DNA of 61,046 bases, the filler included. It is 3 parts of 3 records of this genome, joined end to end, with 100 filler letters (N's around TTAATTAATTAA, not from the genome) between each part and the next. Parts side by side here need not be neighbours in the genome. Positions count along the whole stretch, not along the records: positions 1 to 31,628 come from DRR723986_9335; 2 more parts are not named here. The stretch is one strand, 5' to 3'. Both the position numbers and the translations under genes were made by a program. Each line of letters begins with the position of its first letter. Position 1 is the first letter of the stretch. This document shows, one piece after another, positions 21,901 to 30,632 of this stretch. Below the pieces are notes generated by a model, which had not been told where the DNA came from, did not search any database, and worked only from the letters and a program-made list of their open reading frames with translations.

Positions 21901-23353
21901 ACAACGGAGAACATCAACACCAAATGCAGCTCAGGGTAATCAACAGAAAGATCCTAACAAATTAAGTGCAGGTAAAAAAGCTTACAACACCTTCATTGAT
22001 ATAGTAACAATGGTTAAGCGTATTCAGTTTGGTTACACCGAAAATAACGGTACGTATTTACCAGGATATTTACCTACTCCAGGATTTATAGGTACACTTA
22101 GACCAACGGTTGGTTATACTTTTGGAAGTCAAAGAGACATCAGGAATATAACTGCTAGAAATGGTTGGTTAACAACGTTTCCAGATTTTAATCAACAGTA
22201 TACAGAAGTAAAAAACACTACGCTAGATTATTCTGTGAATATTGAGCCAATGCGTGACCTAAAAATAGATTTAATAGGTAATAGAACTTACGCAGAAAAC
22301 TTTAGTGAAAACTTTAGAGTTGAAGATTCGGAATATATTTCTTTAACGCCAAATAGTTTTGGTAATTTCAATATTTCTACCGCACTAATTAAAACGGCAT
22401 TTAGTACAAGTGATGAAAACCAATCTGAACCATTTAACGATTTTAGAGAAAACCGTTTAATTGTTGCTAATAGATTAGCCAGAGAGTTTTACGGGAATAA
22501 CTCTTTTGGAAGAGATGCAGATGGGTTCCCTGAAGGATTTGGTAAAAATAGCCAACGTGTTCTTTTACCAGCATTTTTATCAGCATATCAAGGCTCTGAT
22601 CCAGATAAAATCGATACTGGAGCATTCAGAGATGTTCCTATACCAAATTGGACTGTTAAGTATACAGGTTTAATGAAAATTCCTTGGTTTAAGAAAACCT
22701 TTAGACGATTTTCTATTCAGCATGGCTATAGATCTCGTTATACTATAAATCAGTTTAGAACAAACTTAGATTACGTGGCTGCTGATCCTGATGAGGACTA
22801 TGATAGCCCTTTAAATGCTGATGCCTTGGACCAAGCAGGGAATTTTAAAAACGAAACCTTATACAGTAATATAAATCTTGAAGAACAATTTAGCCCATTG
22901 ATTCGTCTTGAATTTGAAATGAAAAATTCAATTAAGGTATTAGCTGAGATAAAGACAGATCGCTTATTGTCTTTAAGTTTTGATAATAATTTAATGACTG
23001 AAATTCAAGGAAAAGAATATACGCTTGGTTTAGGTTACAGAATTAAAGATTTAAGAATTAGATCTCAATTGGCTGGTCCAAAACAAATAATAAAGAGTGA
23101 TTTAAATATGCGTGCAGATGTGTCTGTAAGAGATAATAAAACAATTATCAGATATTTAGATATTGAAAATAATCAGGTAACTGCAGGTCAGACCATTTGG
23201 GGAGTAAAATATACTGCAGACTACGCATTTAGTAAAAATCTAACTGCCATATTTTATTTTGACTATACCTTCTCAGATTTTGCCATTTCAACTTCTTTTC
23301 CACAGACATCATTAAGATCAGGAATTACATTACGTTATAATTTTGGTAATTAA
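15959..23353 (+). CDS. sprA: Type IX secretion system outer-membrane translocon SprA (Sov)
   Basis: 2464 aa, signal peptide, FDFDQRISLSL, GAQSLFGVKTELQFG, EQANVEYIEFW, GEVWFNELR, C-terminal GITLRYNFGN; ruvA-sprA-gcvH context. Confidence 0.95.
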   Translation: MQLNKTSYNQINSLGFPFILALMMLVGLTANSQETEQEQDSTKTTFAFGKIVMPNPNSIVSKYTYDPILDRYIYTEKIGNFNTNYPLILTPEEFRRLVLQEKLKEYYKKMADAAAGQKEGVEEDQKNLLPEFYVNSGLFETIFGGNTINVIPQGSVEVDLGVLFSKQDNPSFSPRNRTNFTFDFDQRISLSLLGKVGTRLQVTANYDTESTFDFQNLVKLEYTPTEDDIVRKIEVGNVNMPLNSSLITGAQSLFGVKTELQFGKTRVTAVFSEQQSQSRSVVAQGGGTLEEFEFFARDYDENRHFFLAQYFRDNYDEALLQYPFIDNGGLQITRVEVWVTNRNNQTDNVRNVIAFQDLGESEIDNIGLDPLPPGFVNSPGSRPRNENNDFDPTNIGGPGSLLTDAVRDVTIVETGINVSVNEGFDYGKLEAARKLQEGRDYFLHSELGYISLNQRLLNDEVLAVAFQYTIGGEVFQVGEFANDGVNSTSTLSDADLDGIPDIADVDVDGDGTNDNGTDTDGDGINDETDADVDGDGVIDNGQDTNADGISDSFVLSTGTPQSLILKMLKSAVTAVDQPIWDLMMKNIYDTGAFQLSQEDFRLNIFYTEASPVNYIRPVEGTTFPPFDNNTPFAADDTEINETPLIRLFHLDRLNFNNDPQERGDGFFDYVPGLTVLTQNGKIIFTKAEPFGRYLFDVLDDDENPNNNDTEYEQDTYTNPNQEKYVYDLLYKSTKTQALDEAEKNKFQIKGRFKSSGGDGIPIGAFNVPRGSVRVTAGGRLLVEGIDYTVNYQLGRVEILDEALKASNTPINVSVENNAVFGQQTRRFTGINIEHQFNENFVLGATLLNLNERPITQKANFNSEPINNTIFGFNGNYSTDVPFLTRMVNKLPNIDTDVPSNLSLRGEFAYLLPGAPKGTDFNGEATAYIDDFEGTQGAIDLLSPLSWFLSSRPKELPNNIPGNDNPSIENGYGRAFLNWYTVDPIFYSNQRPDGITDDDVSDLYTRRVFIEEIFPEIDIVQGQTSVINTLDLVYYPTERGPYNFDPNASDDTLNPMNSWAGITRQITSTDFEQANVEYIEFWVQDPFLDNTSNPGGKLTINLGNISEDVLKDGKKQYENGLPENGDISILNPTGYGSVVPQNQSLIYTFGTTGQQRDNQDVGYDGYDDVEEQARFPSQFQNFEDPAKDNYVYYLNTNGDIFERYKRYNGLEGNTPDVFTDTNRGSTTQPDVEDINRDNTMNTIDSYFEYEVEMTPASLDISNPQINDVKVRNVTLPNGDEREVRWYQFRLPINEPTNAVGGITDIRSVRFARLYLKEFTEKTELRFATLDLVRSDWRRYTLDLDNDPTNNSADTEFNVAIVGVQENDGNYVIPPGVRREELNNNNNIIRQNEQSLVLQACELEPQDSRGVFKNINVDMRQYKNLRMFLHAEAQEGQTLQEGELIAFIRMGNDFTQNFYQIEVPLLPTDLVDGGLSIEERIWPSVNEINIPLEALQQIKSKGIFDQSLANLDPTFYDVIDGTLNETPVAEFSPLPIGQQRIAIKGNPNFGDIRVLMVGIKNSGNTGMNSCGEVWFNELRMSDLDNEGGWAAVVSMDTNIADFANISMTGRRSTIGFGGLEQSPNERSREDVKQYDVVTNVQLGQLLPKEWGVQIPFNYAQSEEIITPQFDEFYRDIELETQLDNTTDQDSILKVNENYTKRKSINFIGVRKQKMGDAKKHFYDVENLTFNYSYNKVEHRDFEIEKSLDQTVRAGVNYNYAFEPVRVEPFKKNDSLFRGKYWKILKDFNFNLLPSSFSVNTDINRQFSKQKFREVELGGDNIGIEELFRRNYTFDFQYAINYNLTDALSLNFTAANTNIVRNYFVDDRINGRQDPELNVWDGFFDFGDPNFQTQQLQVNYELPLYKIPALSFLRATYAYNGTFQWQKGSDLNDGLVLDGVSYNLGHSIQNSNTHNLNSTLNMETFYKTIGLVRKGNQRGRGRTTQRRTSTPNAAQGNQQKDPNKLSAGKKAYNTFIDIVTMVKRIQFGYTENNGTYLPGYLPTPGFIGTLRPTVGYTFGSQRDIRNITARNGWLTTFPDFNQQYTEVKNTTLDYSVNIEPMRDLKIDLIGNRTYAENFSENFRVEDSEYISLTPNSFGNFNISTALIKTAFSTSDENQSEPFNDFRENRLIVANRLAREFYGNNSFGRDADGFPEGFGKNSQRVLLPAFLSAYQGSDPDKIDTGAFRDVPIPNWTVKYTGLMKIPWFKKTFRRFSIQHGYRSRYTINQFRTNLDYVAADPDEDYDSPLNADALDQAGNFKNETLYSNINLEEQFSPLIRLEFEMKNSIKVLAEIKTDRLLSLSFDNNLMTEIQGKEYTLGLGYRIKDLRIRSQLAGPKQIIKSDLNMRADVSVRDNKTIIRYLDIENNQVTAGQTIWGVKYTADYAFSKNLTAIFYFDYTFSDFAISTSFPQTSLRSGITLRYNFGN
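17435..17611 (+). repeat. Asp-rich DxDxDG tandem repeat (75-bp / 25-aa period, about 2.4 units) inside sprA
   Basis: Units start at 17435, 17510 and 17585: DADLDGIPDIADVDVDGDGTNDNGT / DTDGDGINDETDADVDGDGVIDNGQ / DTNADGISD. Confidence 0.85.
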
Positions 23354-23378
23354 TTTTGAATTGCAAGAATTAAAAAAT

Positions 23379-23386
23379 TATTTTTG
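23379..23386 (+). promoter_or_regulatory. Bacteroidota -7 promoter element for gcvH
   Basis: TATTTTTG with a TTTG about 20 nt upstream. Confidence 0.5.
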
Positions 23387-23413
23387 TTTCATTAATAATT
23401 TACAACGTTAGAG

Positions 23414-23794
23414 ATGAATATACCATCAGAATTAAAGTACACTAAAGATCACGAGTGGATTAAAATCGAAGGTGATACTGCAACAGTAGGCATTACAGAT
23501 TTTGCTCAAGGAGAACTAGGTGATATCGTTTATGTAGAAGTAGATACTTTAGACGAGACATTAGATGTTGAGGAAGTTTTCGGAACAGTAGAAGCTGTAA
23601 AAACCGTATCTGATTTGTTCTTACCACTTTCAGGTGAGATCATTGAATTTAATGAAAGCCTTGAAGATGAACCTGAAAAGGTGAATTCTGATCCTTATGG
23701 TGATGGTTGGATGATTAAACTTAAAATCTCTGACACCTCTGAGGTGGAAAATCTCCTTTCAGCAGAGGATTATAAAGCCATAGTTAGTGGATAA
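23414..23794 (+). CDS. gcvH: Glycine cleavage system H protein
   Basis: [24 protein letters not shown], lipoyl-lysine motif [18 protein letters not shown]. Confidence 0.97.
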   Translation: MNIPSELKYTKDHEWIKIEGDTATVGITDFAQGELGDIVYVEVDTLDETLDVEEVFGTVEAVKTVSDLFLPLSGEIIEFNESLEDEPEKVNSDPYGDGWMIKLKISDTSEVENLLSAEDYKAIVSG

Positions 23795-24149
23795 AAGATT
23801 ACTACTGTTTTTAGCAATAGTTTATACTGTTGTACTAACTGTAGCAAGTCTTATCAATATTGACGGAGTACCCAAAATAGGTTTTTCGTTTGATGATAAA
23901 ATATATCATTTTCTGGCTTATTTAATATTAGCAATATTGTGGGTGACTTACATTAGGCATCATCCTAAAAATGGTAAAGTGTTAATAGCCACTATTATTC
24001 TCATTCTATTTGGTGTTATTTTAGAGCTAGTTCAACACCGTTTTAATCCAAATAGAACGTATGATAATTTAGACTTGCTAGCCAATTGTCTGGGAGTAGT
24101 TGTTGGCATGTTAATTGCAGTTAGAAAGGACATAATTAAGTTAAAATAA
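23787..24149 (+). CDS. VanZ family membrane protein
   Basis: [13 protein letters not shown]...[13 protein letters not shown] start overlapping gcvH. Confidence 0.85.
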   Translation: MDKRLLLFLAIVYTVVLTVASLINIDGVPKIGFSFDDKIYHFLAYLILAILWVTYIRHHPKNGKVLIATIILILFGVILELVQHRFNPNRTYDNLDLLANCLGVVVGMLIAVRKDIIKLK

Positions 24150-24214
24150 ATCAAAGGGTTGCTTTTTTTACTATTTATTAGTTAAATTAGCGACACTATA
24201 ACAAGGAAAGTATT

Positions 24215-24943
24215 ATGGAACCTAAGAAGAATCCAAAATCAGATGTAAGTCGTAACAGCTCAATTTACTTTGCAGTTGGTCTTGCATTAATGCTTGCAGT
24301 TACTTATTTATCGATAAACTACAAGACTTATGATAAGAGTGATATTGCAATAGATTCATTGAATTTAGATGATGAGTTAGAAGAAGAAGTGCCAATTACA
24401 GAGCAATTGGTTACTCCACCGCCTCCACCACCTCCGCCACCAGCAGCACCAGAAGTAATTGAAGTTGTTGAAGATGAAGAAGAGATTGAGGAAACTGTAA
24501 TTGAATCTACCGAAACAGAAATGGATACAGAAATTGTTGAAGTGGAAGAAGTAGAAGTAGAAGAGGTTGAAGAAGATATTGAGGTACCATTTTCGGTTAT
24601 TGAAAATGTTCCAGTTTTTCCAGGTTGCGAAAAGAAAAAAGGTAACCTAGCAAAGAAAAAATGTATGTCTGAGAAAGTGCAAAAGCTTGTTAATAAAAGA
24701 TTTAACAAGGACTTAGCAAGTGACTTAGGGTTACCTCCAGGCAAGAAAAGAATATTCGTTTCATTCAAAATTGATAAAAACGGTAATGTTGTGAGTATTG
24801 GAGCACGTGGGCCACATCCAGGATTAGAAAAGGAAGCTAAACGTGTTATTGGGTTATTACCAAAAATGAAACCAGGTAAGCAAAGAGGTAAGGCTGTAAT
24901 TGTGCCATACTCGTTACCAATTGTATTCCAAGTACAAGACTAA
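24215..24943 (+). CDS. tonB: Energy transducer TonB (copy 1)
   Basis: N-terminal TM anchor, poly-Pro and Glu-rich linker, TonB C-domain (PVFPGC...LEKEAKRVI...PGKQRGK...YSLPIVF). Confidence 0.9.
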   Translation: MEPKKNPKSDVSRNSSIYFAVGLALMLAVTYLSINYKTYDKSDIAIDSLNLDDELEEEVPITEQLVTPPPPPPPPPAAPEVIEVVEDEEEIEETVIESTETEMDTEIVEVEEVEVEEVEEDIEVPFSVIENVPVFPGCEKKKGNLAKKKCMSEKVQKLVNKRFNKDLASDLGLPPGKKRIFVSFKIDKNGNVVSIGARGPHPGLEKEAKRVIGLLPKMKPGKQRGKAVIVPYSLPIVFQVQD

Positions 24944-24965
24944 GAGAATTTATTTTTAAAATATA

Positions 24966-25005
24966 AAAATCCCGTTCAAAATTAATTGGACGGGATTTTC
25001 TTTTT
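24966..25005 (+). terminator. Intrinsic terminator after first tonB
   Basis: AAAATCCCGTTCAA / TTGGACGGGATTTT stem followed by T tract. Confidence 0.8.
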
Positions 25006-25019
25006 GGTATGCTTATTGT
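25004..25019 (+). promoter_or_regulatory. Possible sigma54 (-24/-12) promoter for second tonB
   Basis: TTGGTATG-N4-TTGT with GG-N10-G(T) spacing; compare consensus TTGGCACG-N4-TTGC. Confidence 0.35.
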
Positions 25020-25057
25020 GACTTTCTCATAATATTAACATTTAAATAATACGTATT

Positions 25058-25858
25058 ATGAAAAATTCTAAAAAAAATTTCAGTAATGCTGGTCAGAGCA
25101 GTACTGAGGTTAAGAAATCACAAAAGCATGATGCAAATTTACAAAAAAACTCAACCCTATATTTTCAAATAGGGTTGATTCTTTGTTTATTGGGTACTTA
25201 TGCACTATTTGAAATGCAGTTTCAAAGCCATAAAATTACAATTTCAGATGATAAGGCAGAAACTGAGGTATTCACAACAGATTATGTGAAACCATTTATT
25301 GTTGAGGTAATAGAACCAGAAAAAACAGAACCTAAAGTTGAACGGTCAAAAGAAATATTTGAAAAAATTGAACCTATTGAAGATGATAAAGATGTTGTCG
25401 AAACTAAGTTAGTTTCAATGGATGATAAGAAAGATGAATTTGTACCTACATCTATTGATGATATTGATGATACATCAAAACCTGTAGAGCCGTTAAAACC
25501 GATACCATTTAAACTAATTGAAAAAGTACCAGTGTACCCTGGCTGTGAAAAATATAAGACAAACGATAAACGTAAAAAATGTATGTTGTCTAAATTAACG
25601 AAGCTAATTAATAGACGATTCAATACTGGTATTTCTGGTGACTATGGTATAACTGGTGTGCAAAGAATAAGTACAGTCTTTACTATAGATAAAAATGGTA
25701 ATGTTACAGATGTAATTATTAGAGGCCCACATCCTGCCTTAGAGAAAGAAGCGGAGCTACTTATTAAAAAGATACCTCAGATGGAACCAGGCTTGCAAAG
25801 AAATGTACCTGTTGGAGTTGTCTATACACTACCGATTGTTTTTGATGCCAGGTACTAG
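25058..25858 (+). CDS. tonB: Energy transducer TonB (copy 2)
   Basis: TM anchor, acidic linker, PVYPGC...LEKEA...MEPGLQR...YTLPIVF; paralogous to 24215-24943. Confidence 0.85.
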   Translation: MKNSKKNFSNAGQSSTEVKKSQKHDANLQKNSTLYFQIGLILCLLGTYALFEMQFQSHKITISDDKAETEVFTTDYVKPFIVEVIEPEKTEPKVERSKEIFEKIEPIEDDKDVVETKLVSMDDKKDEFVPTSIDDIDDTSKPVEPLKPIPFKLIEKVPVYPGCEKYKTNDKRKKCMLSKLTKLINRRFNTGISGDYGITGVQRISTVFTIDKNGNVTDVIIRGPHPALEKEAELLIKKIPQMEPGLQRNVPVGVVYTLPIVFDARY

Positions 25859-25881
25859 ATTTTAAAAAGTTCGAATAAATT

Positions 25882-25911
25882 AAACCGTTGTCCTAGCGAT
25901 AACGGTTTTTT
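25882..25911 (+). terminator. Intrinsic terminator after second tonB
   Basis: AAACCGTTGTC / GATAACGGTTT stem followed by T run. Confidence 0.75.
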
Positions 25912-25958
25912 GTTTTAATCTAACTAAAAAAAATAAGTATCTTTCAAGCATCAAAAGT

Positions 25959-28070
25959 ATGTTCTATATGAAGCACATTTTCGGCATTGCTATTCTATTA
26001 ATTTCATTTTCTTGTTTTTCACAAACTGTCTCAACTTACGAAAAACCACCTGTCTTTAAAGAATGTGAATCTAAGACTATAGATGAGCTAAAAGCTTGTT
26101 TTAAATACACTTTAAATAATTTTATTTATCAAAATTTTAAAGTTGATAATGTGATTTTAGAAGAAAAATATACTGGCGATATCCAAGTGCTTTTTGAGGT
26201 TGACCAAGAGGGCATATTCAATATCATTTATCTAGATGCAGCCTATCTTGAATTGAAGAATGAAACTGAAAGAGTTTTTAGTTTATTACCTAAAATTACA
26301 CCTGCAAAATATAATGGTAAACCAACTTTTGTACAATACAGTATTTCAATTGCAATACCCTTAGTTGAGCCAGTAAGGCAAACAGTGCAGTCAGTTGAAG
26401 AGACTATGACTAGAAAAGATAGTCTCAATGCCACATTATCAAATGAGTTTGATAAAGTGAATGCTGAGATAAAGCCTTATGAAGATTTAGAGTATAGTAG
26501 TGAGCTTAATATACCATTCACACATTCGTTTTATGCAAGATTTGATGATGAAATGAATGCAATAGGAACTAATAGTCATACTGCCGCAAAACCATTTATT
26601 TATAATGATGTTGCTAAGTATTATGATATCAAAGCCGAGCGAGAAAGTTTAGTAAACGATGCAGATTCATGGTTTGGTAGAAAGTTGTTAAATGAACATT
26701 TAGTAGAAGTACAAGGTAAAGATTACTGGTTTACTGTAGATCCAATTTTAGATTTACAATTAGGAACGGATACAGAAGGTGATGATGGTACCTGGAATAA
26801 CACCAGAGGTGTTTTTATACAAGCAGGATTGGGTAAGCGATTTAATTTAACAGCTTCCGTATACGAAAGTCAAGGTAGATTTGCAGATTATTTTAATGAA
26901 TTTGCAGAGAGCTTAAAAGCATTTGGACCAGATCCTGCAATAATACCTGGTCGCGGTATTGCAAAACGTTTTAAAGAAAATTCATATGATTATCCAGTCG
27001 CTGAAGCGTATTTATCTTATACACCAGCTGATTTTATAAATATACAATTTGGTCATGGTAAAAATTTTATAGGAGACGGTTATCGTTCATTATTTCAAAG
27101 TGATGTTGCCAGTCCATACCCTTTCTTAAAGTTAAATGCTTCATTTTGGAAAATAAAATATACAAGTACATGGATGTGGCTCAAGGACGTAAGACCTGAA
27201 GTTGCAGAGGATGGCGCGTTTTTTACAAAATATATGGCTAATCATTATCTAAGTTGGAACGTTTCAAAACGATTAAATATCGGTTTGTTTGAGTCTGTTA
27301 TGTGGGCAGATACCAACGGTAGAGGATTTGATATTAATTATTTGAATCCAATCATTTTCTTTAGAGCTATAGAGTTTCAAACGGGTCAGGATGCTGGTAA
27401 TGCTATTTTAGGATTTAGTGGTAAATACAAATGGAATAATAAGGTAAACTTATATGGCCAATTCATACTTGATGAATTCTCATTGAGCGATGTAACAAGT
27501 GGTGATAAAAGTTGGAAGAACAAATTTGGGTTTCAGCTAGGCGCAAAGTATTTCAATGCTTTTGAAGTGGATAACTTATTGCTTCAAGCAGAATATAATC
27601 AGGTTAGACCATATACATATTCTCATAACTCCATAGTTTTAAATTACGCACATTTTAATCAACCAATGGCTCATCTTTGGGGTTCAAACTTTAGAGAATT
27701 GGTTTTAATTGGTCGGTATAATTATAAACGATGGTTTGCAGATGCTAAGGTTATAATTGGGCAGCGAGGTTTCGATTTTAATACTGCTGAAGATTCGTTG
27801 AATTATGGAGGAAATATATTTGCAGATGAAGACAATCGGATAGGTGATAAAGCTATTAAAATAGGACAAGGAAATAAAACCAATAGTTTTATGACCGAAA
27901 TACAAGCAGGTTATTTACTTAACCCAACCACAAACTTAAAAATATTTACAAATATTATTTATAGAGACTTTAATCCTGAGGCAATAACAGCATCTACTAT
28001 GGATTCTAATACCCTATGGTTTAGTATTGGTGTTAGAACCGATCTCTTTAATTGGTATAATGATTTCTAA
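25959..28070 (+). CDS. remB: RemB-like protein: N-terminal TonB-C-like domain plus Wzi-like outer-membrane barrel
   Basis: Signal peptide; KPPVFKEC...PAKYNGKP N-domain; FGHGKNFIGDGYRSL, YLNPIIF, YGQFILDE, RPYTYSH barrel motifs; tonB-remB-ctaB context typical of flavobacteria. Confidence 0.7.
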   Translation: MFYMKHIFGIAILLISFSCFSQTVSTYEKPPVFKECESKTIDELKACFKYTLNNFIYQNFKVDNVILEEKYTGDIQVLFEVDQEGIFNIIYLDAAYLELKNETERVFSLLPKITPAKYNGKPTFVQYSISIAIPLVEPVRQTVQSVEETMTRKDSLNATLSNEFDKVNAEIKPYEDLEYSSELNIPFTHSFYARFDDEMNAIGTNSHTAAKPFIYNDVAKYYDIKAERESLVNDADSWFGRKLLNEHLVEVQGKDYWFTVDPILDLQLGTDTEGDDGTWNNTRGVFIQAGLGKRFNLTASVYESQGRFADYFNEFAESLKAFGPDPAIIPGRGIAKRFKENSYDYPVAEAYLSYTPADFINIQFGHGKNFIGDGYRSLFQSDVASPYPFLKLNASFWKIKYTSTWMWLKDVRPEVAEDGAFFTKYMANHYLSWNVSKRLNIGLFESVMWADTNGRGFDINYLNPIIFFRAIEFQTGQDAGNAILGFSGKYKWNNKVNLYGQFILDEFSLSDVTSGDKSWKNKFGFQLGAKYFNAFEVDNLLLQAEYNQVRPYTYSHNSIVLNYAHFNQPMAHLWGSNFRELVLIGRYNYKRWFADAKVIIGQRGFDFNTAEDSLNYGGNIFADEDNRIGDKAIKIGQGNKTNSFMTEIQAGYLLNPTTNLKIFTNIIYRDFNPEAITASTMDSNTLWFSIGVRTDLFNWYNDF

Positions 28071-28954
28071 GATTTATCAGAGGTAAGACTTTTGTAAAAA
28101 GTAAGTCTTATATGCTCACTATTAATAAAACCTGTTCCATAACCAAGATCATCATAGGTTTTAGTTAAAGTAGAATCTGTTTTAACTTCTTCTTCAGTTT
28201 TACCATCATCGATGGCTTTTTGAATGTTATCTCTTAGTGTTTCGAGCATTGTTAGGAATGTTTTGTACTCTTCTTGGTTTGATAATTTGCCATGTCCAGG
28301 TATAATTTTGGTCTCTTCATCAATGACCATAAGCCCACGCTTTGCAGCTTCAATATAACCATCTACACTACCACCAGAATTTAAATCTATGTAAGGGTAG
28401 CGACCGTTAAAATATGTATCACCAGTATGTAAAACATTACTTACTGTAGAATAAAGAATGGCATCACCATCTGTGTGAGCATTTTTAACATGAAAAACAG
28501 CCACGCTTTCATCATTAACTGTAATATTTATTTTATCATTAAATGTTATAACTGGTAAAGCTTCATTGGGTTTAAATGATCCATCTCGTTGTTTTTCAGA
28601 TAGTCGCTTTTTTACATTATCATGTGCAATTATTGTGGCACCTGCTTTGGCCATATTTTCGTTTCCACCTGTATGATCACCATGATAATGAGTGTTAACC
28701 AAATAGGTCAGTGGTTTGTCACTTATGCTTTTGATTGCTGTTAAAATTTTATCAGATAATGGTGCAAACTGATCGTCTATAATAAATACGCCATCTTCAC
28801 CTACAGAAACTCCTATATTGCCGCCAGCACCTTCTAGCATGTATGTATTCTCTGTTAACTTTGTGGTAATTATTTCAACCTTATCAAATCGTTGAGCGTT
28901 AATATTCAGTGAAAGAATAAAAAGTAAAATGAATAATTGAAGCTGTAGTTTCAT
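28067..28954 (-). CDS. Secreted MBL-fold metallo-hydrolase (cyclase/glyoxalase II-like)
   Basis: Signal peptide, NTHYHGDHTGGN, AHTDGD, TGD, IPGHG; stop overlaps the remB stop. Confidence 0.88.
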   Translation of the reverse strand: MKLQLQLFILLFILSLNINAQRFDKVEIITTKLTENTYMLEGAGGNIGVSVGEDGVFIIDDQFAPLSDKILTAIKSISDKPLTYLVNTHYHGDHTGGNENMAKAGATIIAHDNVKKRLSEKQRDGSFKPNEALPVITFNDKINITVNDESVAVFHVKNAHTDGDAILYSTVSNVLHTGDTYFNGRYPYIDLNSGGSVDGYIEAAKRGLMVIDEETKIIPGHGKLSNQEEYKTFLTMLETLRDNIQKAIDDGKTEEEVKTDSTLTKTYDDLGYGTGFINSEHIRLTFYKSLTSDKS

Positions 28955-29062
28955 AATAAAATAATTAGCGCTTTAGTTCTTATAAAAATACATAATCTTA
29001 AAGTGAGGTGTTAACTATAATTAAAACTGCAACATAGCGTTGGTCAGAACTAATTTTCAAGT

Positions 29063-29070
29063 TATCTTTG
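29063..29070 (+). promoter_or_regulatory. Bacteroidota -7 promoter element for ctaB-coxIII
   Basis: TATCTTTG with TTG about 20 nt upstream. Confidence 0.65.
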
Positions 29071-29102
29071 CACTCGCTAAGAATAGAACAAAATAAAACA
29101 GT

Positions 29103-29996
29103 TTGAGTAGCACAAAATCTTCGGTATCAACAGCTTCTGTGATAACAGATTTTAAGGAAATAACAAAAATGGGTTTATCCCTTAGTGTCGTTTTTTCCTC
29201 AATTGCTGGTTACTTGCTCGGCGCAGACACAATTAGCATAACAACTCTCATTTTACTTTCCTTTGGTGGTTATTTTATGGTTGGTGCATCTAATGCTTAC
29301 AATCAAATTATTGAGCGTGATTTAGACGCATTAATGGACAGAACTAAAAACAGGCCCATACCAGCAGGTAGAATGAGTGTTAATACTGCTTTTATCATTG
29401 CCACCTCTTTTACTATTTTAGGAATAGTTACCCTTTATATTATTAATCCAAAAACAGCGATGTATGGAGCTATATCTATATTCCTATATACAAGTGTATA
29501 TACTCCTTTAAAAACAAGAACATCATTGGCAGTATTTGTAGGAGCTTTACCTGGAGCCATTCCGTTTATGCTAGGATGGGTTGCAGCGCGTAATGATTTT
29601 GGTATAGAGCCTGGGACACTGTTTGCAATACAGTTCTTTTGGCAGTTTCCACATTTTTGGTCTATTGGATGGTTTTTGTATGAAGATTATAAAAAAGGAG
29701 GTTTTTTTATGTTACCTACCGGAAAGCCAGATAAAGGTACAGCAGTACAAATAATTATGTACAGTATATGGACAATAATTGCCTCAATTATACCAGTTTT
29801 TGGATTTACAGGTGATTTAAAATTATCAATTGTTGGTGCTGTGTTGGTTTTTGTTTTGGGTATGGTAATGTTAATTTATGCGTTTAGATTATTCAAATTT
29901 AGAACACCAAAAGCTGCTAAGCAATTAATGTTGTCTAGTGTATTTTATATTACAATGTTACAAATAATATATGTTGCAGATAAATTTTTGAGATAG
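29103..29996 (+). CDS. ctaB: Protoheme IX farnesyltransferase (heme O synthase)
   Basis: NQIIERDLDALMDRTKNRPIPAGR, YTPLKT, WQFPHFW; TTG start. Confidence 0.95.
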   Translation: MSSTKSSVSTASVITDFKEITKMGLSLSVVFSSIAGYLLGADTISITTLILLSFGGYFMVGASNAYNQIIERDLDALMDRTKNRPIPAGRMSVNTAFIIATSFTILGIVTLYIINPKTAMYGAISIFLYTSVYTPLKTRTSLAVFVGALPGAIPFMLGWVAARNDFGIEPGTLFAIQFFWQFPHFWSIGWFLYEDYKKGGFFMLPTGKPDKGTAVQIIMYSIWTIIASIIPVFGFTGDLKLSIVGAVLVFVLGMVMLIYAFRLFKFRTPKAAKQLMLSSVFYITMLQIIYVADKFLR

Positions 29997-30596
29997 ATGG
30001 ATTTAACACAAGGAACACAAGAAGAAAAAAGAGGACGATCAAAAAAAATGATGTTGTGGTTTGGAGTAGGATCATTGATAATGTCTTTCGCTGCTTTAAT
30101 TAGTGCGTTTATTGTTAGTAGCAAGCAACGATTAGATAAAGACTGGTTAATAAATTACGAATTACCACAAGCATTTGTAATTAGTGTATTTGTAATCTTA
30201 GTTAGTAGTATTACATTTATTTTAGCCAAACGCGCTGTAAAACAAAATAAGAGGCAAATGGCAAGTATTTTGCTATTAATCACACTCGCTCTAGGAATTG
30301 CATTTATTTTCAATCAACTTGAAGGATTCAAACAAATTATTGAATCTGGCTATAATTTTACAGGACCAACAAGTAATATTACAATGTCATATATTTATTT
30401 AATTGCAGTTGTACACATAGGACACGTTATTGCTGGGTTAATAAGTATCATTGTTGTTATTTATAATCATTTTAAACAGAAGTATAATGCCAACAATATG
30501 TTGGGTTTAGAACTGTCGGCTTATTTCTGGCATTTTGTAGACGTACTTTGGCTTGTGCTCTTTTTGTTTTTATATTTTTTTAGATATATAATTTGA
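29997..30596 (+). CDS. ctaE: Cytochrome c oxidase subunit III family protein (short)
   Basis: MSFAALISA, VHIGHVIAG, YFWHFVDVLW. Confidence 0.88.
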   Translation: MDLTQGTQEEKRGRSKKMMLWFGVGSLIMSFAALISAFIVSSKQRLDKDWLINYELPQAFVISVFVILVSSITFILAKRAVKQNKRQMASILLLITLALGIAFIFNQLEGFKQIIESGYNFTGPTSNITMSYIYLIAVVHIGHVIAGLISIIVVIYNHFKQKYNANNMLGLELSAYFWHFVDVLWLVLFLFLYFFRYII

Positions 30597-30632
30597 TTAT
30601 TTTTGTCCAATCTTAAAAATTAAATAATTTCT

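Noticed and set aside
24328..24768. Antisense poly-Gly/Ser ORF and CCA/CCG repeats
   Set aside because: Mirror of the ordinary poly-Pro/Glu TonB linker.
28067..28954. MBL-fold gene as a true beta-lactamase, and vanZ (23787-24149) as glycopeptide resistance
   Set aside because: HxHxDH cyclase/glyoxalase-type MBL and stand-alone VanZ are widespread families; no resistance or mobile context.
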